From assembly GCA_937875955.1 (NCBI GenBank), contig CALFHE010000016.1:15712-79711 (forward strand): DNA of 64,000 nt. The letters run 5' to 3'. This DNA is from an uncultured Candidatus Saccharibacteria bacterium (GTDB lineage: Bacteria; Patescibacteriota; Saccharimonadia; Saccharimonadales; Saccharimonadaceae). Shown here one piece after another: positions 16,351-25,894 of the stretch. The notes under the pieces are model-generated. The model worked only from the letters and a program-made list of their open reading frames with translations. It ran no database searches and was not told where the DNA came from. Every line of letters begins with the position of its first letter. Within the stretch, counting starts at the first letter, position 1. The translations under genes were made by a program, and so were the position numbers.

Positions 16351-17886
16351 CTAAACACCAGCACCGTCAGCTGCCTCAATGCGCCTAGTCCGCCCAGTAA
16401 ATACTGGCAATAATTCTTCCTGGTTATTTTTGTCGCAAGCACCCAAAAGCATTAATAAATGAGTTACACCGTTCTCTTCTAGTATCTTTCTCACAGACTC
16501 ATCATCCACCTTATCCATAGCGATGTGCGACACATACATCCTTAGTGCGTCAGATGTTTGGGCTTTCCAGCTAAAGATACTAAAAGGATACTTATTTTTA
16601 TCTCGATATCTTAAGGTCGTCCAAGAATCACGTAATCCAGAATCTGACGTTGCAACAATTTCTGCCGCTAATTTTAATTTATTATAAAGACTGGGCAAAA
16701 TACTCTTCTGCTTTTTCTTTGTCTCATAGCCAGACATTCTGTGTTCAATTCTCTTGGCTGCTTCAGTACGAGCATCGACTACTACCGTAACGCCATTACC
16801 GCTTCTCTTAATATATAAAACCTTAGCCATTTCATCATCTAACCACGGAAATGTTTCGTGACTAAGCTCTATATAATCCCCGACCTTCAAGTTAACCTCA
16901 GTAGCCTTAATATTCTGATCACTCACCTCACAATTATCCTGGCGTGATTGCTTCTTTCTCTTCTTCGCCTTATTCAAAGATTCAGTAGCGATTTTAGGTG
17001 CCACTTCATAGCTATTCAATTTCTCCGAAAGCACCCTCAGGGCGTTGTCTAAAGCCCCACTCAGATGCTCTTTAGCCATAGATTCAGCAAGACTACGAAC
17101 CACTGGACTGTTTTCCTTAATTGTCGCGTCTTTATACTGCTTGGCTAGTTCCTCTTCGCTTGGCAATTTTATGGATTTTATAAACTCAAGAACACTGTTG
17201 GCAAATTTTAAATCACCCTCAGGATTAATACCATTACATTCCTCATCTTCAACCTCCTTAAGTTTCCGACGCTTAAAGTCCTCCAAGAAACTACTCAACT
17301 TCATCTTGCCATCATTACCTGGAATGTATTCAGGTCTAGTAATTGTAAAATCATCAGGTAAACCAAAAGCCCCATCCTTAGTAAGGCTATCAGTCACAGC
17401 CTCCCTTGCCTCTGCGATAAAGTTCATATATTCACGATCTGCAAGTTCAGGACTAATTATTTTATTAGCGTGCTGCCATCGTTTTACGTCGGGAATCACA
17501 TACTCTTTAGCTTTGCAAAATTTTGGAATATTCACTTTCGCCAGATTTTCGGGAAAAACTACACTAAGATTTTCCCTTATAAATTTCTCGTATGTTCCAT
17601 TAAATATACTTCTTAATGATTCTTTGACTTCCTCTATATCAAAATCTATCTCTATGCAATCTGGAAGCCTGTTATATTCCTCCTCAATTTGCTGAAACAA
17701 CCTAAGAACCTCCCCGTAAGATTCTTGATATTCACCGCGCAACTCCTCACCTTCAACAAGAAACGGTACATGCTTAATAATAGACTTTACATAATCTATA
17801 ATTTGACTTATGTAGTTTTTATTAAGATCCTCTGTATGAGATAGTTTATCTTTAACAACATAACCATCCCGTTGTCTTTCGCTCAT
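16351..17886 (-). CDS. Orphan 511-aa protein, AT-rich, no recognised domain
   Basis: A long uninterrupted ORF with its own TTGACT-17-TAAAAT promoter 8 nt upstream of the ATG. Its composition is visibly more AT-rich than its neighbours. Confidence 0.7.
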   Translation of the reverse strand: MSERQRDGYVVKDKLSHTEDLNKNYISQIIDYVKSIIKHVPFLVEGEELRGEYQESYGEVLRLFQQIEEEYNRLPDCIEIDFDIEEVKESLRSIFNGTYEKFIRENLSVVFPENLAKVNIPKFCKAKEYVIPDVKRWQHANKIISPELADREYMNFIAEAREAVTDSLTKDGAFGLPDDFTITRPEYIPGNDGKMKLSSFLEDFKRRKLKEVEDEECNGINPEGDLKFANSVLEFIKSIKLPSEEELAKQYKDATIKENSPVVRSLAESMAKEHLSGALDNALRVLSEKLNSYEVAPKIATESLNKAKKRKKQSRQDNCEVSDQNIKATEVNLKVGDYIELSHETFPWLDDEMAKVLYIKRSGNGVTVVVDARTEAAKRIEHRMSGYETKKKQKSILPSLYNKLKLAAEIVATSDSGLRDSWTTLRYRDKNKYPFSIFSWKAQTSDALRMYVSHIAMDKVDDESVRKILEENGVTHLLMLLGACDKNNQEELLPVFTGRTRRIEAADGAGV

Positions 17887-17923
17887 AAACTAATATTTTA
17901 TCAGTTTATGGATATAAAGTCAA

Positions 17924-19546
17924 TTATATTACTCTATTGACTTCTTCTAGTGTTGTTTCGCCACGAAGAGCCGCCAACACGCCAGCCTGGAGTAGCGTCA
18001 CCATACCGTCTTCTTTTGCAACCTTTTCAATTGCTTCCGTGTGAACATCCTCAACATCGCCGCGCAAGAATTTCTGAATATTCTCGCTCACGACCAGTTG
18101 CTCCATTACTGGAATTCGCCCCTTATAGCCAAACGGCACGTCGTCTGTCGGCACTGCACGCCAAAGCTTAAACGTATCCAAATCTGGGCAATCAACATTC
18201 TCCGGCAAATCTTTCAAAACCTCTTTCACCCACTTGCGAGTCGCCTCATCTGGCTCATATTCTTCCTTGCTATCATCCCACAATCTCCTCACTAGTCGCT
18301 GAGCAATCACCAGACGAACCGCCGAGCTAAAAATCGGGTTTTGCCCAATCATATCGATCATACGACTAAACGCCGCCGCAGTCGAATTGGCGTGAAAGCT
18401 GGACAACACCAAGTGCCCCGTAATTGACGCCTGAATCGCAGTCTTCGCAGTTTCATTGTCGCGAATCTCACCAACCATCACCACATCTGGGTCAAGGCGC
18501 AAAACACTGCGCAAACCATCAGCAAACCTCTGTCCATTTGTCGTATCAATTGGAATCTGAGCAATCCCAGGAATCGTATTTTCTACAGGATCTTCCAGTG
18601 TGATAATCTTTCGATCCTGGGTATTAAGAGCGTTCAAAATGCTATATAACGTTGTAGACTTTCCCGAACCAGTAGGACCAACCATCAACAACATCCCTCG
18701 CGGATGAGAAATAACTTCATCAATCTGCTCGCGCTCTTTCTTTGAAATATTCAAAAGATCCAAGTTCAACATTGATTCATCAAAGTTAAACAATCGAAGC
18801 ACCAAGTCCAAGCCATACACCGTCATCACGGCTTCCACACGCAAATTCAGCACATGCGATGCGCCGTCTCTATGAATTTCCTGCTGCATATGCCCAGATT
18901 GAGGCTCTCTGGAAGCGGTAGAAATATTCGCGCGCGATGCCAAAGTCGCCATAATCACTCGATATCTATCTCTGCTAAGTTCCGCCACCGTATGTAGAGC
19001 TCCGTCAACACGCATACGAATTCGAATCGACTCACGCTGATTTTCAATGTGAATATCCGACGCGCCCAACAGATCCGCTTGGTCAATCAAATAATTAAAC
19101 ACGTCATTTGTGCCCACGGAAGCCAAAGTCTGCGTAACCTGCGCCAGAGTATCGCTATCGCCCTCCTTAGCAATTTCGATGTTATCGTAAATCACTTTTT
19201 TTGGCGGATCAAACCTAAGCATAATTGACCGAAATGCCGAACCAGAAATCAAGAAGAAGAAGATTCGCTTGCCGTTTTCAACATATTGGCTTTGCATTTT
19301 CTTCATCAACGACTCAGAAGTTTGCGACGTAACGCCAAATCTATAAGACTGATCTTCCTCATTAAAAGCCAGCGGAACCAGCCGACCCTTATACATTTCT
19401 TCTATCGTCAAAACACCCTTAAGTAAAGGTAAAGTTTCTTCAAATTCCCGCCCATCAAGATATTGAAGTCCTAAAATTGACGCTCGACGACGAGTCGCTT
19501 CCTCATCTTGCTCACGGCGCCGCGCCTGAATTTTATCTTCGTCCAT
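17924..19546 (-). CDS. pilB: Type IV pilus / type II secretion ATPase (PilB/GspE family)
   Basis: Walker A GPTGSGKST, the Asp and His boxes of the GspE family, and an N-terminal T2SSE_N-like region. Confidence 0.9.
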   Translation of the reverse strand: MDEDKIQARRREQDEEATRRRASILGLQYLDGREFEETLPLLKGVLTIEEMYKGRLVPLAFNEEDQSYRFGVTSQTSESLMKKMQSQYVENGKRIFFFLISGSAFRSIMLRFDPPKKVIYDNIEIAKEGDSDTLAQVTQTLASVGTNDVFNYLIDQADLLGASDIHIENQRESIRIRMRVDGALHTVAELSRDRYRVIMATLASRANISTASREPQSGHMQQEIHRDGASHVLNLRVEAVMTVYGLDLVLRLFNFDESMLNLDLLNISKKEREQIDEVISHPRGMLLMVGPTGSGKSTTLYSILNALNTQDRKIITLEDPVENTIPGIAQIPIDTTNGQRFADGLRSVLRLDPDVVMVGEIRDNETAKTAIQASITGHLVLSSFHANSTAAAFSRMIDMIGQNPIFSSAVRLVIAQRLVRRLWDDSKEEYEPDEATRKWVKEVLKDLPENVDCPDLDTFKLWRAVPTDDVPFGYKGRIPVMEQLVVSENIQKFLRGDVEDVHTEAIEKVAKEDGMVTLLQAGVLAALRGETTLEEVNRVI

Positions 19547-19582
19547 ATGAAAATTATACCAAAAAGCTTACGGTTTGACGAG

Positions 19583-19591
19583 TGATATAAT
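19583..19591 (+). promoter_or_regulatory. Extended -10 (TGATATAAT) placed 6 nt before the trmH-family ATG; leaderless signature
   Basis: TGATATAAT ends at 19591 and the ATG is at 19598. Confidence 0.5.
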
Positions 19592-19597
19592 AGTCAT

Positions 19598-20158
19598 ATG
19601 CACCCAGAAATCACGCTGTTAGTTCACAATATTCGCTCAACACATAACGTTGGGGCAATTTTCCGCACGGCTGAGGGATTTGGCGTGAAGAAGATTATTC
19701 TTAGTGGTTACACGCCGTATCCAGATTTGAGTTTATGTAGCAAGGCGCCTGCTTGTGCGCTTATCGATGGAGAAATTCGATCTGAAGACCCTCGCCTGCC
19801 GCATATTCGCGAAAAAATCACCAGCCAAATTCATAAAACTGCTTTGGGTGCGGAAAGTTTGGTGCCGTTTGAGTTTTATGAAGATATCAATGATTGGATT
19901 AAAGAAAATCAACGAACAGAAAACTTGCCAATTATCGCGCTTGAGCAATCAAAAGACAGTGTGATGTTGCCAGAATTTCAGCCGCCTGAAAAATTTGCGC
20001 TGCTGCTTGGCGAGGAAGTTCACGGAATCACGTCGGAGCTTTTGGACAATTGTGACTTCACCGTAGAAATCCCGATGTTCGGTCAAAAAGAATCATTCAA
20101 CGTGTCGGTAGCGACAGGAATTGCACTATTTGGACTGGTTTTCCCGAGAATGAAATAA
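19598..20158 (+). CDS. SpoU/TrmH-family RNA 2'-O-methyltransferase
   Basis: HNIRSTHNVGAIFRTAEGFG and a C-terminal ESFNVSVATGIALF knot motif. Confidence 0.85.
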   Translation: MHPEITLLVHNIRSTHNVGAIFRTAEGFGVKKIILSGYTPYPDLSLCSKAPACALIDGEIRSEDPRLPHIREKITSQIHKTALGAESLVPFEFYEDINDWIKENQRTENLPIIALEQSKDSVMLPEFQPPEKFALLLGEEVHGITSELLDNCDFTVEIPMFGQKESFNVSVATGIALFGLVFPRMK

Positions 20159-20192
20159 TCTCAACAACGAATAAATCCCTCAAGTCTGATTA

Positions 20193-20255
20193 TTGACTTT
20201 ATTAAACATATGTGTTATATTTGTATGAACTTTCTCTGGAATCCCCCGGAGAAAG
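20193..20255 (+). promoter_or_regulatory. Cassette E promoter plus 5'-terminal stem-loop
   Basis: TTGACT at 20193, a 17-nt spacer, TATATT at 20216-20221, and the hairpin CTTTCTCTGG/CCGGAGAAAG at 20230-20255. Confidence 0.6.
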
Positions 20256-20283
20256 TAGTCCCCTACATGAAAGGTTAGAGGAA

Positions 20284-20577
20284 ATGTTTGACATTTTCTT
20301 TATTCTCACAATTCTAGCAACCATGTATGTTGTATGGTACGCCTACAGGGCCCCTTCGGGGGTTAGTCACATACGGCACACGCTAGCCGCCGCGGCTGGC
20401 GTGTGGATGACAGTCTTTTTCATCTACTTCATGGTAGCAGAATCGCCACACCGGCCGATGTACCACACGGTGCTGGTGGCTTTGTTCTACTGCACGACGG
20501 CGGCCACTTACACTACCCTACAAGAGAGGGGTAAGACAGAGGTGAGGAATGAACTGCGGGACAATAAGTCCCGCTGA
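20284..20577 (+). CDS. Cassette E small membrane protein (97 aa, about 3 TM helices)
   Basis: ATG at 20284 after GAGG. Hydrophobic segments are followed by a charged tail, and codons are GC-rich (GTG, CTG, GCC, ACG). Confidence 0.6.
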   Translation: MFDIFFILTILATMYVVWYAYRAPSGVSHIRHTLAAAAGVWMTVFFIYFMVAESPHRPMYHTVLVALFYCTTAATYTTLQERGKTEVRNELRDNKSR

Positions 20578-20579
20578 CA

Positions 20580-20639
20580 GATAGTTAGCCCGCCAGAGCA
20601 ATCAGCTCCGGCTGAGGCTCTGTCAGCGGGCTAACTATC
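20580..20639. terminator. Long perfect hairpin between the cassette E ORF and the dnaE stop codon
   Basis: GATAGTTAGCCCGC (20580-20593) pairs with GCGGGCTAACTATC (20626-20639), with an inner CAGAGC/GCTCTG stem. There is no U-tract on either side, and the right arm touches the dnaE stop. Confidence 0.5.
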
Positions 20640-23600
20640 ACTTTAGAACTACACACTCTTCACCCAGAGTGTTTTTTAATTGGCTTAATAAATTGTCATT
20701 AGCATCCACTTTAAACGGCAGACGCATGGCTGATTTTTCTTTCTCGCCCAATACCAAAACCACATCAGTCGTGCCAGCATTCTCGCCGCAAACAGACTTC
20801 ATTTTCACTAACCGCGAATGGTCATTCGGGTCTTTAATATACACAAATAACTTTGAAGCGGGAATTTCTGGCGCAACGTTAACAGGCGCTGAATGAGTTT
20901 TTGGTTGTGGTCTGGCGGCGTCATTCTTTACGGCAGACTTCGGAGAAACTCCATTTTTCTGATTACGATAAGCTTCACGGCGCTCTTTTTTTACAGCAGA
21001 GCTAATTTTTGGCGCATCCATTTTACGGCCAGTCGACTCATAGCCATTGATATCGTTATCCGTAATCACAATAATATCATCGGCAATTAGCTTACTTTCA
21101 TTGCCCAAATTTCCGTCACGATCTCGAGCTGAATTTTTACCAGAAACTCGAATCACTGCGTCCTGAACCAGCTTAGCGCCAACTTTCTCATACAGATTTG
21201 GAAAAACAATTATCTCACCCTCGCCGAATTTATCCTCAATTCCCACAAACGCCATCTTCGAACCGCTTTTTGTGACAATTGTACGAACGGTGCTAATAAT
21301 TCCCCCGACCGTCATCATTCGGCTGTCGTACTCAGGAACTAATTGCGTCAACGGTTGAGTTTGTTCACTCAAATACGTTTCATACCTATCAAGCGGATGC
21401 GCCGAGATATACAACCCCAACAATTCTCGCTCCCACATCAAGCGCTCTTTATCGTCGTGTTTCACAGGAGCCTTCTGGAGATGAAGAGTCGATTGGACAC
21501 TCACCGCATCATCGCCGCCCAACATTCCAAACAAATTGGTCTGCCCACTGGCGGCTTCTTTTTGGAGCTTGGACGCAAATGACGTAATGGAATCCAGATT
21601 GAACAGCAAATCAGATCGATCGCCCATATCATCAAACGCACCAGATTTAATAAGCGACTCCCAAGCTTTTCTATTGAACTTATTGGTTGAAACACGCCTA
21701 GCAAAATCCTCAACCGACGTAAACGGCCCGTCTTCGCGCGCTCGCAGAACTTCCTCGACCGCACCAACGCCAACACCCTTCACTGCTGACATACCGAAGC
21801 GAATTTTATTCTCATTCGGCACCACAGCAAACTCAACGAACGACTCGTTTACATCAGGACTCAGCACGCTAATTCCCATGTGCTTACATTCGGTAATTTC
21901 AATTGCCAGACGATCAGTGTCATCATGGTCGCTAGTCATAAGCGCCGCCATAAACGCGTCAGGATAATGCGCCTTCAAATAAGCCGTCCAATAAGCGATC
22001 AAACCATAACAAGCGGCGTGCGACTTATTGAAACAATAATTAGCGAACTCTTCCAGCTGAGTCCAGAAAGTTTCCGCAATTTCCTTAGTTGCGCCACCAA
22101 CTTTAACCGCACCCTCGACGAATTCAGGCTTGACCTTTTTCATCAAGTCAATTTTCTTCTTACCAACAGCCTTTCGCAATGTGTCGGCCTGACCGCCAGT
22201 AAATCCACACCATTCCTTAGAAATCTGCATAAACTGCTCCTGATAGACTAAAATTCCGTAAGTATTTTTCAGCGAGTTTTTCATTCCAGAATGCAAATAA
22301 GTTATTTCTTCCTCGCCGTGTTTGCGCCTAATAAAGCTGTCAATAAACTGCATCGGACCTGGGCGATAAAGAGCCACCATAGCAATAATATCTTCAAACG
22401 TAGTCGGCTTTAGTCCACGCAAATATCGCTTCATTCCCGCCGATTCCAACTGGAATACGCCAGTCGTGTCGCCGCGCTGAAACAGCTCGTAGGTCTTTTT
22501 GTCATCAAGCGGCAGCTCCGAAAGATTAATCTCTTTCTTGTAAGCTTTTCGGATAATCCTCATGGCGTTATTAATGATCGTAAGGTTCGAAAGACCCAAG
22601 AAGTCCATCTTCAATAGACCCAACTCTTCAACCTCGCCCATCGGGAACTGAGTTGCTACTACGCCCTTTTGCGCCATTTCAAGCGGAATATAGTTAGCCA
22701 ACGTATCTGGCGCAATCACCACGCCACAGGCATGAACGCCGTGGCTACGAATCGTCCCTTCCAACTGAATTGCATAGTCCAGAACTTCCTTCGCAGTCGG
22801 ATTATTTTCATATTCATTCCGAAGATCTGCGTCTTCTTTAATACTCACGGACAACGGAATATGACGCCCTTGGTTTGGCGGCGGAACTAACTTCGCCAAG
22901 CGGTCGCTCTCAGCGTACGGAACTTCCAAAACCCTAGCAACATCACGCACTGCCATACGACCAAACATTTTACCAAACGTTGCGATATTACTGACATGAT
23001 CTTCGCCATATTTTTTCGCACAATATTCAATCACTTCATCGCGACGCGTATCCTGAATATCAACATCGATGTCGGGCATAGAAATACGATCAGGATTCAG
23101 GAATCGCTCAAACAGCAGTCCATATTTCAGCGGGTCAAGATCTGTAATATTCAGCGCATACGCAATAATCGAGCCAGCCGCGCTACCACGCCCCGGACCA
23201 AAAACAATTCCTTGAGATTTTCCCCAGTTGATAAAATCCTGGACGATCAAGAAATAACCTTCATAGCCCATATTCCCCATCACGCCGAGCTCCATCTTAG
23301 CGCGCTCACGAACCTCATCAGACAGCTTCGGAATGATCTCATCAGGATCCAACTTTTCAGCCTCCTCCTTCGAAGCTCCATTGTAACGCTGCAACAAACC
23401 TTGATATGTCAATCTGAGCAGATACGAATGTTCATTCTCGCCGTCTGGCAATGGATATTTTGGAATAAGAATTCGCCCAAGCTCAATCTCAACATCGCAG
23501 CGATCAGCTATTTTTTTCGTGTTACGAATAACTTCAGGAAATTCCTCACCCCAGTGATCGATAATATCGCGCGGATCCGTCAAGTGAAGCTCAAAATCCT

Positions 23601-24378
23601 TCAAGCTCATTCGCTTTTCATCGCTGAGATACGAACCCGTCCCAACGCAAAGCAGAATCTCGTGCGCATCTTGATATTCGTGCGTCAAATAGTGACCATC
23701 ACAAGTCACCACCATTTCAATATCAAGCTCTTTTGAAAGCTTAATCAAGCCCTCGTTGATCTTCGCCTGCACGTCCCAGTGCGTGTTCGACTTCGGGTGT
23801 CCGTGGTCCTGCAGCTCCAAATAATAACGATCGCCAAAAATTGACTTATACCACTTGGCAATCTCACGAGCGCGATCATAATCATCCTCTTTCAGCGCCA
23901 CGCCAATTTCACCACTCGCACAACCACTCAGAACAATCAATCCCTCGTTCAATTCCTCCAAAAGTTCATGGTCAATTCGCGGCTTATAATACATTCCCTC
24001 CAGATTGGCGCGCGTCGACAACTTCATCAGATTGTGAAAACCTGTGTTGTTCATCGCCAGCACAGTCAAGTGAAAACGCTGCTTATCTTTACCTGGATCG
24101 CGATCAAATCGAGAACGAGTCGCCACGTAAGTTTCAATTCCGATAATCGGCTTAATTCCCGCTTTTTTGGCAGTTTTGTAATAGTCTAAAATACCACTCA
24201 TCGTGCCGTGATCAGTTACGGCGGCAGCCTCCATTCCGAGCTCCTTAACCTTATCGACCAAGTCATGAATCTTGGTCAATCCGTCCAGCACCGAATGAAA
24301 AGTGTGATTATGAAGATGCACGAAATCCGACGGCTTCAAAGCCGCCGACGATGATTGTTCGTTTGTCCCCTCAGTCAT
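20638..24378 (-). CDS. dnaE: DNA polymerase III alpha subunit
   Basis: PHP domain (HLHNHTFHSVLDG), polymerase core and an OB fold, plus a C-terminal extension. The start at MTEG (24378) lies 8 nt after a TATAAT. Confidence 0.95.
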   Translation of the reverse strand: MTEGTNEQSSSAALKPSDFVHLHNHTFHSVLDGLTKIHDLVDKVKELGMEAAAVTDHGTMSGILDYYKTAKKAGIKPIIGIETYVATRSRFDRDPGKDKQRFHLTVLAMNNTGFHNLMKLSTRANLEGMYYKPRIDHELLEELNEGLIVLSGCASGEIGVALKEDDYDRAREIAKWYKSIFGDRYYLELQDHGHPKSNTHWDVQAKINEGLIKLSKELDIEMVVTCDGHYLTHEYQDAHEILLCVGTGSYLSDEKRMSLKDFELHLTDPRDIIDHWGEEFPEVIRNTKKIADRCDVEIELGRILIPKYPLPDGENEHSYLLRLTYQGLLQRYNGASKEEAEKLDPDEIIPKLSDEVRERAKMELGVMGNMGYEGYFLIVQDFINWGKSQGIVFGPGRGSAAGSIIAYALNITDLDPLKYGLLFERFLNPDRISMPDIDVDIQDTRRDEVIEYCAKKYGEDHVSNIATFGKMFGRMAVRDVARVLEVPYAESDRLAKLVPPPNQGRHIPLSVSIKEDADLRNEYENNPTAKEVLDYAIQLEGTIRSHGVHACGVVIAPDTLANYIPLEMAQKGVVATQFPMGEVEELGLLKMDFLGLSNLTIINNAMRIIRKAYKKEINLSELPLDDKKTYELFQRGDTTGVFQLESAGMKRYLRGLKPTTFEDIIAMVALYRPGPMQFIDSFIRRKHGEEEITYLHSGMKNSLKNTYGILVYQEQFMQISKEWCGFTGGQADTLRKAVGKKKIDLMKKVKPEFVEGAVKVGGATKEIAETFWTQLEEFANYCFNKSHAACYGLIAYWTAYLKAHYPDAFMAALMTSDHDDTDRLAIEITECKHMGISVLSPDVNESFVEFAVVPNENKIRFGMSAVKGVGVGAVEEVLRAREDGPFTSVEDFARRVSTNKFNRKAWESLIKSGAFDDMGDRSDLLFNLDSITSFASKLQKEAASGQTNLFGMLGGDDAVSVQSTLHLQKAPVKHDDKERLMWERELLGLYISAHPLDRYETYLSEQTQPLTQLVPEYDSRMMTVGGIISTVRTIVTKSGSKMAFVGIEDKFGEGEIIVFPNLYEKVGAKLVQDAVIRVSGKNSARDRDGNLGNESKLIADDIIVITDNDINGYESTGRKMDAPKISSAVKKERREAYRNQKNGVSPKSAVKNDAARPQPKTHSAPVNVAPEIPASKLFVYIKDPNDHSRLVKMKSVCGENAGTTDVVLVLGEKEKSAMRLPFKVDANDNLLSQLKNTLGEECVVLK

Positions 24379-24397
24379 TAATAACAATTATAGCACG

Positions 24398-24694
24398 CTA
24401 TTGACGGCGTTGCATTGTCTCAATTAAGTGATTGATAAAATCAGCCAACGGCGGGAAAATATCGGCAAATTGCCCCAAAATCCAAATCAATAGTGCGATC
24501 AACAGTGTTGCGCCCAAAGCACTCCCCAATCCAAAGAAAATTCCTCGAACAAAGTTCATCAAATAAACTTGGCGCCGGGATTTATGAAAATCAAAGAATA
24601 AATCTTCCAAAATCGCCCGACGCGCATCATTTTCATTATCGCGAACGACTTTTTTCACTAGCCTACTCGGCTGTTCTTTGACTGACTTTTTCAC
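24398..24694 (-). CDS. Small membrane protein (98 aa)
   Basis: A charged N-terminus followed by two hydrophobic helices. Confidence 0.5.
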   Translation of the reverse strand: MKKSVKEQPSRLVKKVVRDNENDARRAILEDLFFDFHKSRRQVYLMNFVRGIFFGLGSALGATLLIALLIWILGQFADIFPPLADFINHLIETMQRRQ

Positions 24695-24959
24695 TCTTTT
24701 TTACCTTCTTCTTTGAGAAAAATTTTGAGAAAAATCCACTCTTTGAAGCGAAACCTTTAACCAATTCCACGCCAATTGAAACCGTACTTACAACTCCATT
24801 CAGACTAGCAATTCTCTGGCTTATAGCCTCCACGTTTTGCTGAGTTTGGCGAATTTGACGCGTTAATTTAATGATAGAAATTGTCATAGCAATCATCATG
24901 ATGACAAAAATCACCATCAAAATCACTAATATAATAAGCAATCCGTTCATGCTATTCAT
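24663..24959 (-). CDS. Small membrane protein (98 aa)
   Basis: An N-terminal TM helix followed by an amphipathic region. Confidence 0.5.
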   Translation of the reverse strand: MNSMNGLLIILVILMVIFVIMMIAMTISIIKLTRQIRQTQQNVEAISQRIASLNGVVSTVSIGVELVKGFASKSGFFSKFFSKKKVKKSEKVSQRTAE

Positions 24960-24965
24960 TATACA

Positions 24966-25859
24966 TTATTTTAGGCGATCCGCCAGATGAGCGCGCAATT
25001 TATCGCCGAAGTTAGGGTCACGCAGCCCAAAGTCGATCACCGTTTTTAGATATTCCAATTTGTCGCCAGTATCATAATAAGTGCCGTTCGTAATCTCTAC
25101 GCCATAGAAATCAAATCCGTCGTCAATCATTTGTTGCATAATTGGCTGGATTGTAAATTCACCATTGCCGTCAAATTCTTTCCTGGCTTTATCTAGATAG
25201 CCGAAAATTTCACCTGGAAGCAAATAGCTACTAACGCTAGCTAAATCAGAAGGCGCATTCTCCTTGCCCGGCTTTTCAACAATGTTCGTCATTTTTATAA
25301 CGCCGTCTTTCACTCCTTGACCGTTGATGACTCCATAACGATCAAATTCCGCATCATCGGTGATTTTCTTACACGATAGAACCGCTCCATCTAAGCTTTC
25401 TGACGCCTCAATCATCTGCTTAAAACGACTTGGACTAGCCGCAATAAAGTCGTCTGCAAATGTGTAAATCACAGGCTCATCATGATGAATCAAATGCGAG
25501 GCGCAAGCCAAAGGCGTCGCGTTGCCGTACGGACCTTTCTGGCGAATATAAATAAAGTTCGCCATATCAGCCAAATTTTGCACCGCGTCAATGAACAGCT
25601 GCTTTTTAGGGCCGCCAGCGCGCAAATTAGCCAAAAGCTCTTCATTCGGCTCGTCAAAATGATCTTCAATCGCCCGTTTATTAGCACTACCAATAATGAT
25701 GATATCCTTAATGCCAGCCTCAACTAATTCCTCGACGACGTATTGAATAATCGGCTTATCAATCAGTGGCAACATTTCCTTTGGCATTGCTTTGGTTTGC
25801 GGCAAAAATCGCGTACCAAAACCGGCAGCAGCGATGATAGCTTTAGTTGGTTTTCTCAT
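24966..25859 (-). CDS. galU: UTP--glucose-1-phosphate uridylyltransferase
   Basis: AAGFGTRFLPQTKAMPKEMLP nucleotidyltransferase motif. Confidence 0.9.
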   Translation of the reverse strand: MRKPTKAIIAAAGFGTRFLPQTKAMPKEMLPLIDKPIIQYVVEELVEAGIKDIIIIGSANKRAIEDHFDEPNEELLANLRAGGPKKQLFIDAVQNLADMANFIYIRQKGPYGNATPLACASHLIHHDEPVIYTFADDFIAASPSRFKQMIEASESLDGAVLSCKKITDDAEFDRYGVINGQGVKDGVIKMTNIVEKPGKENAPSDLASVSSYLLPGEIFGYLDKARKEFDGNGEFTIQPIMQQMIDDGFDFYGVEITNGTYYDTGDKLEYLKTVIDFGLRDPNFGDKLRAHLADRLK

Positions 25860-25894
25860 ATTTCAGCTCCTATCCCCTATTATTTTCAGCAATT

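Noticed and set aside
20649-20662. 14-nt identity (CTACACACTCTTCA) between the 3' ends of dnaE and yraN (13002-13015). Both encode EECV.L next to a cassette, which could hint at a shared attachment site.
   Set aside because: The identity does not extend beyond 14 nt, and matches of that length are expected by chance in 64 kb on two strands. The other cassette-flanking genes (tkt, gap, KH) lack it. I kept it only as a note.
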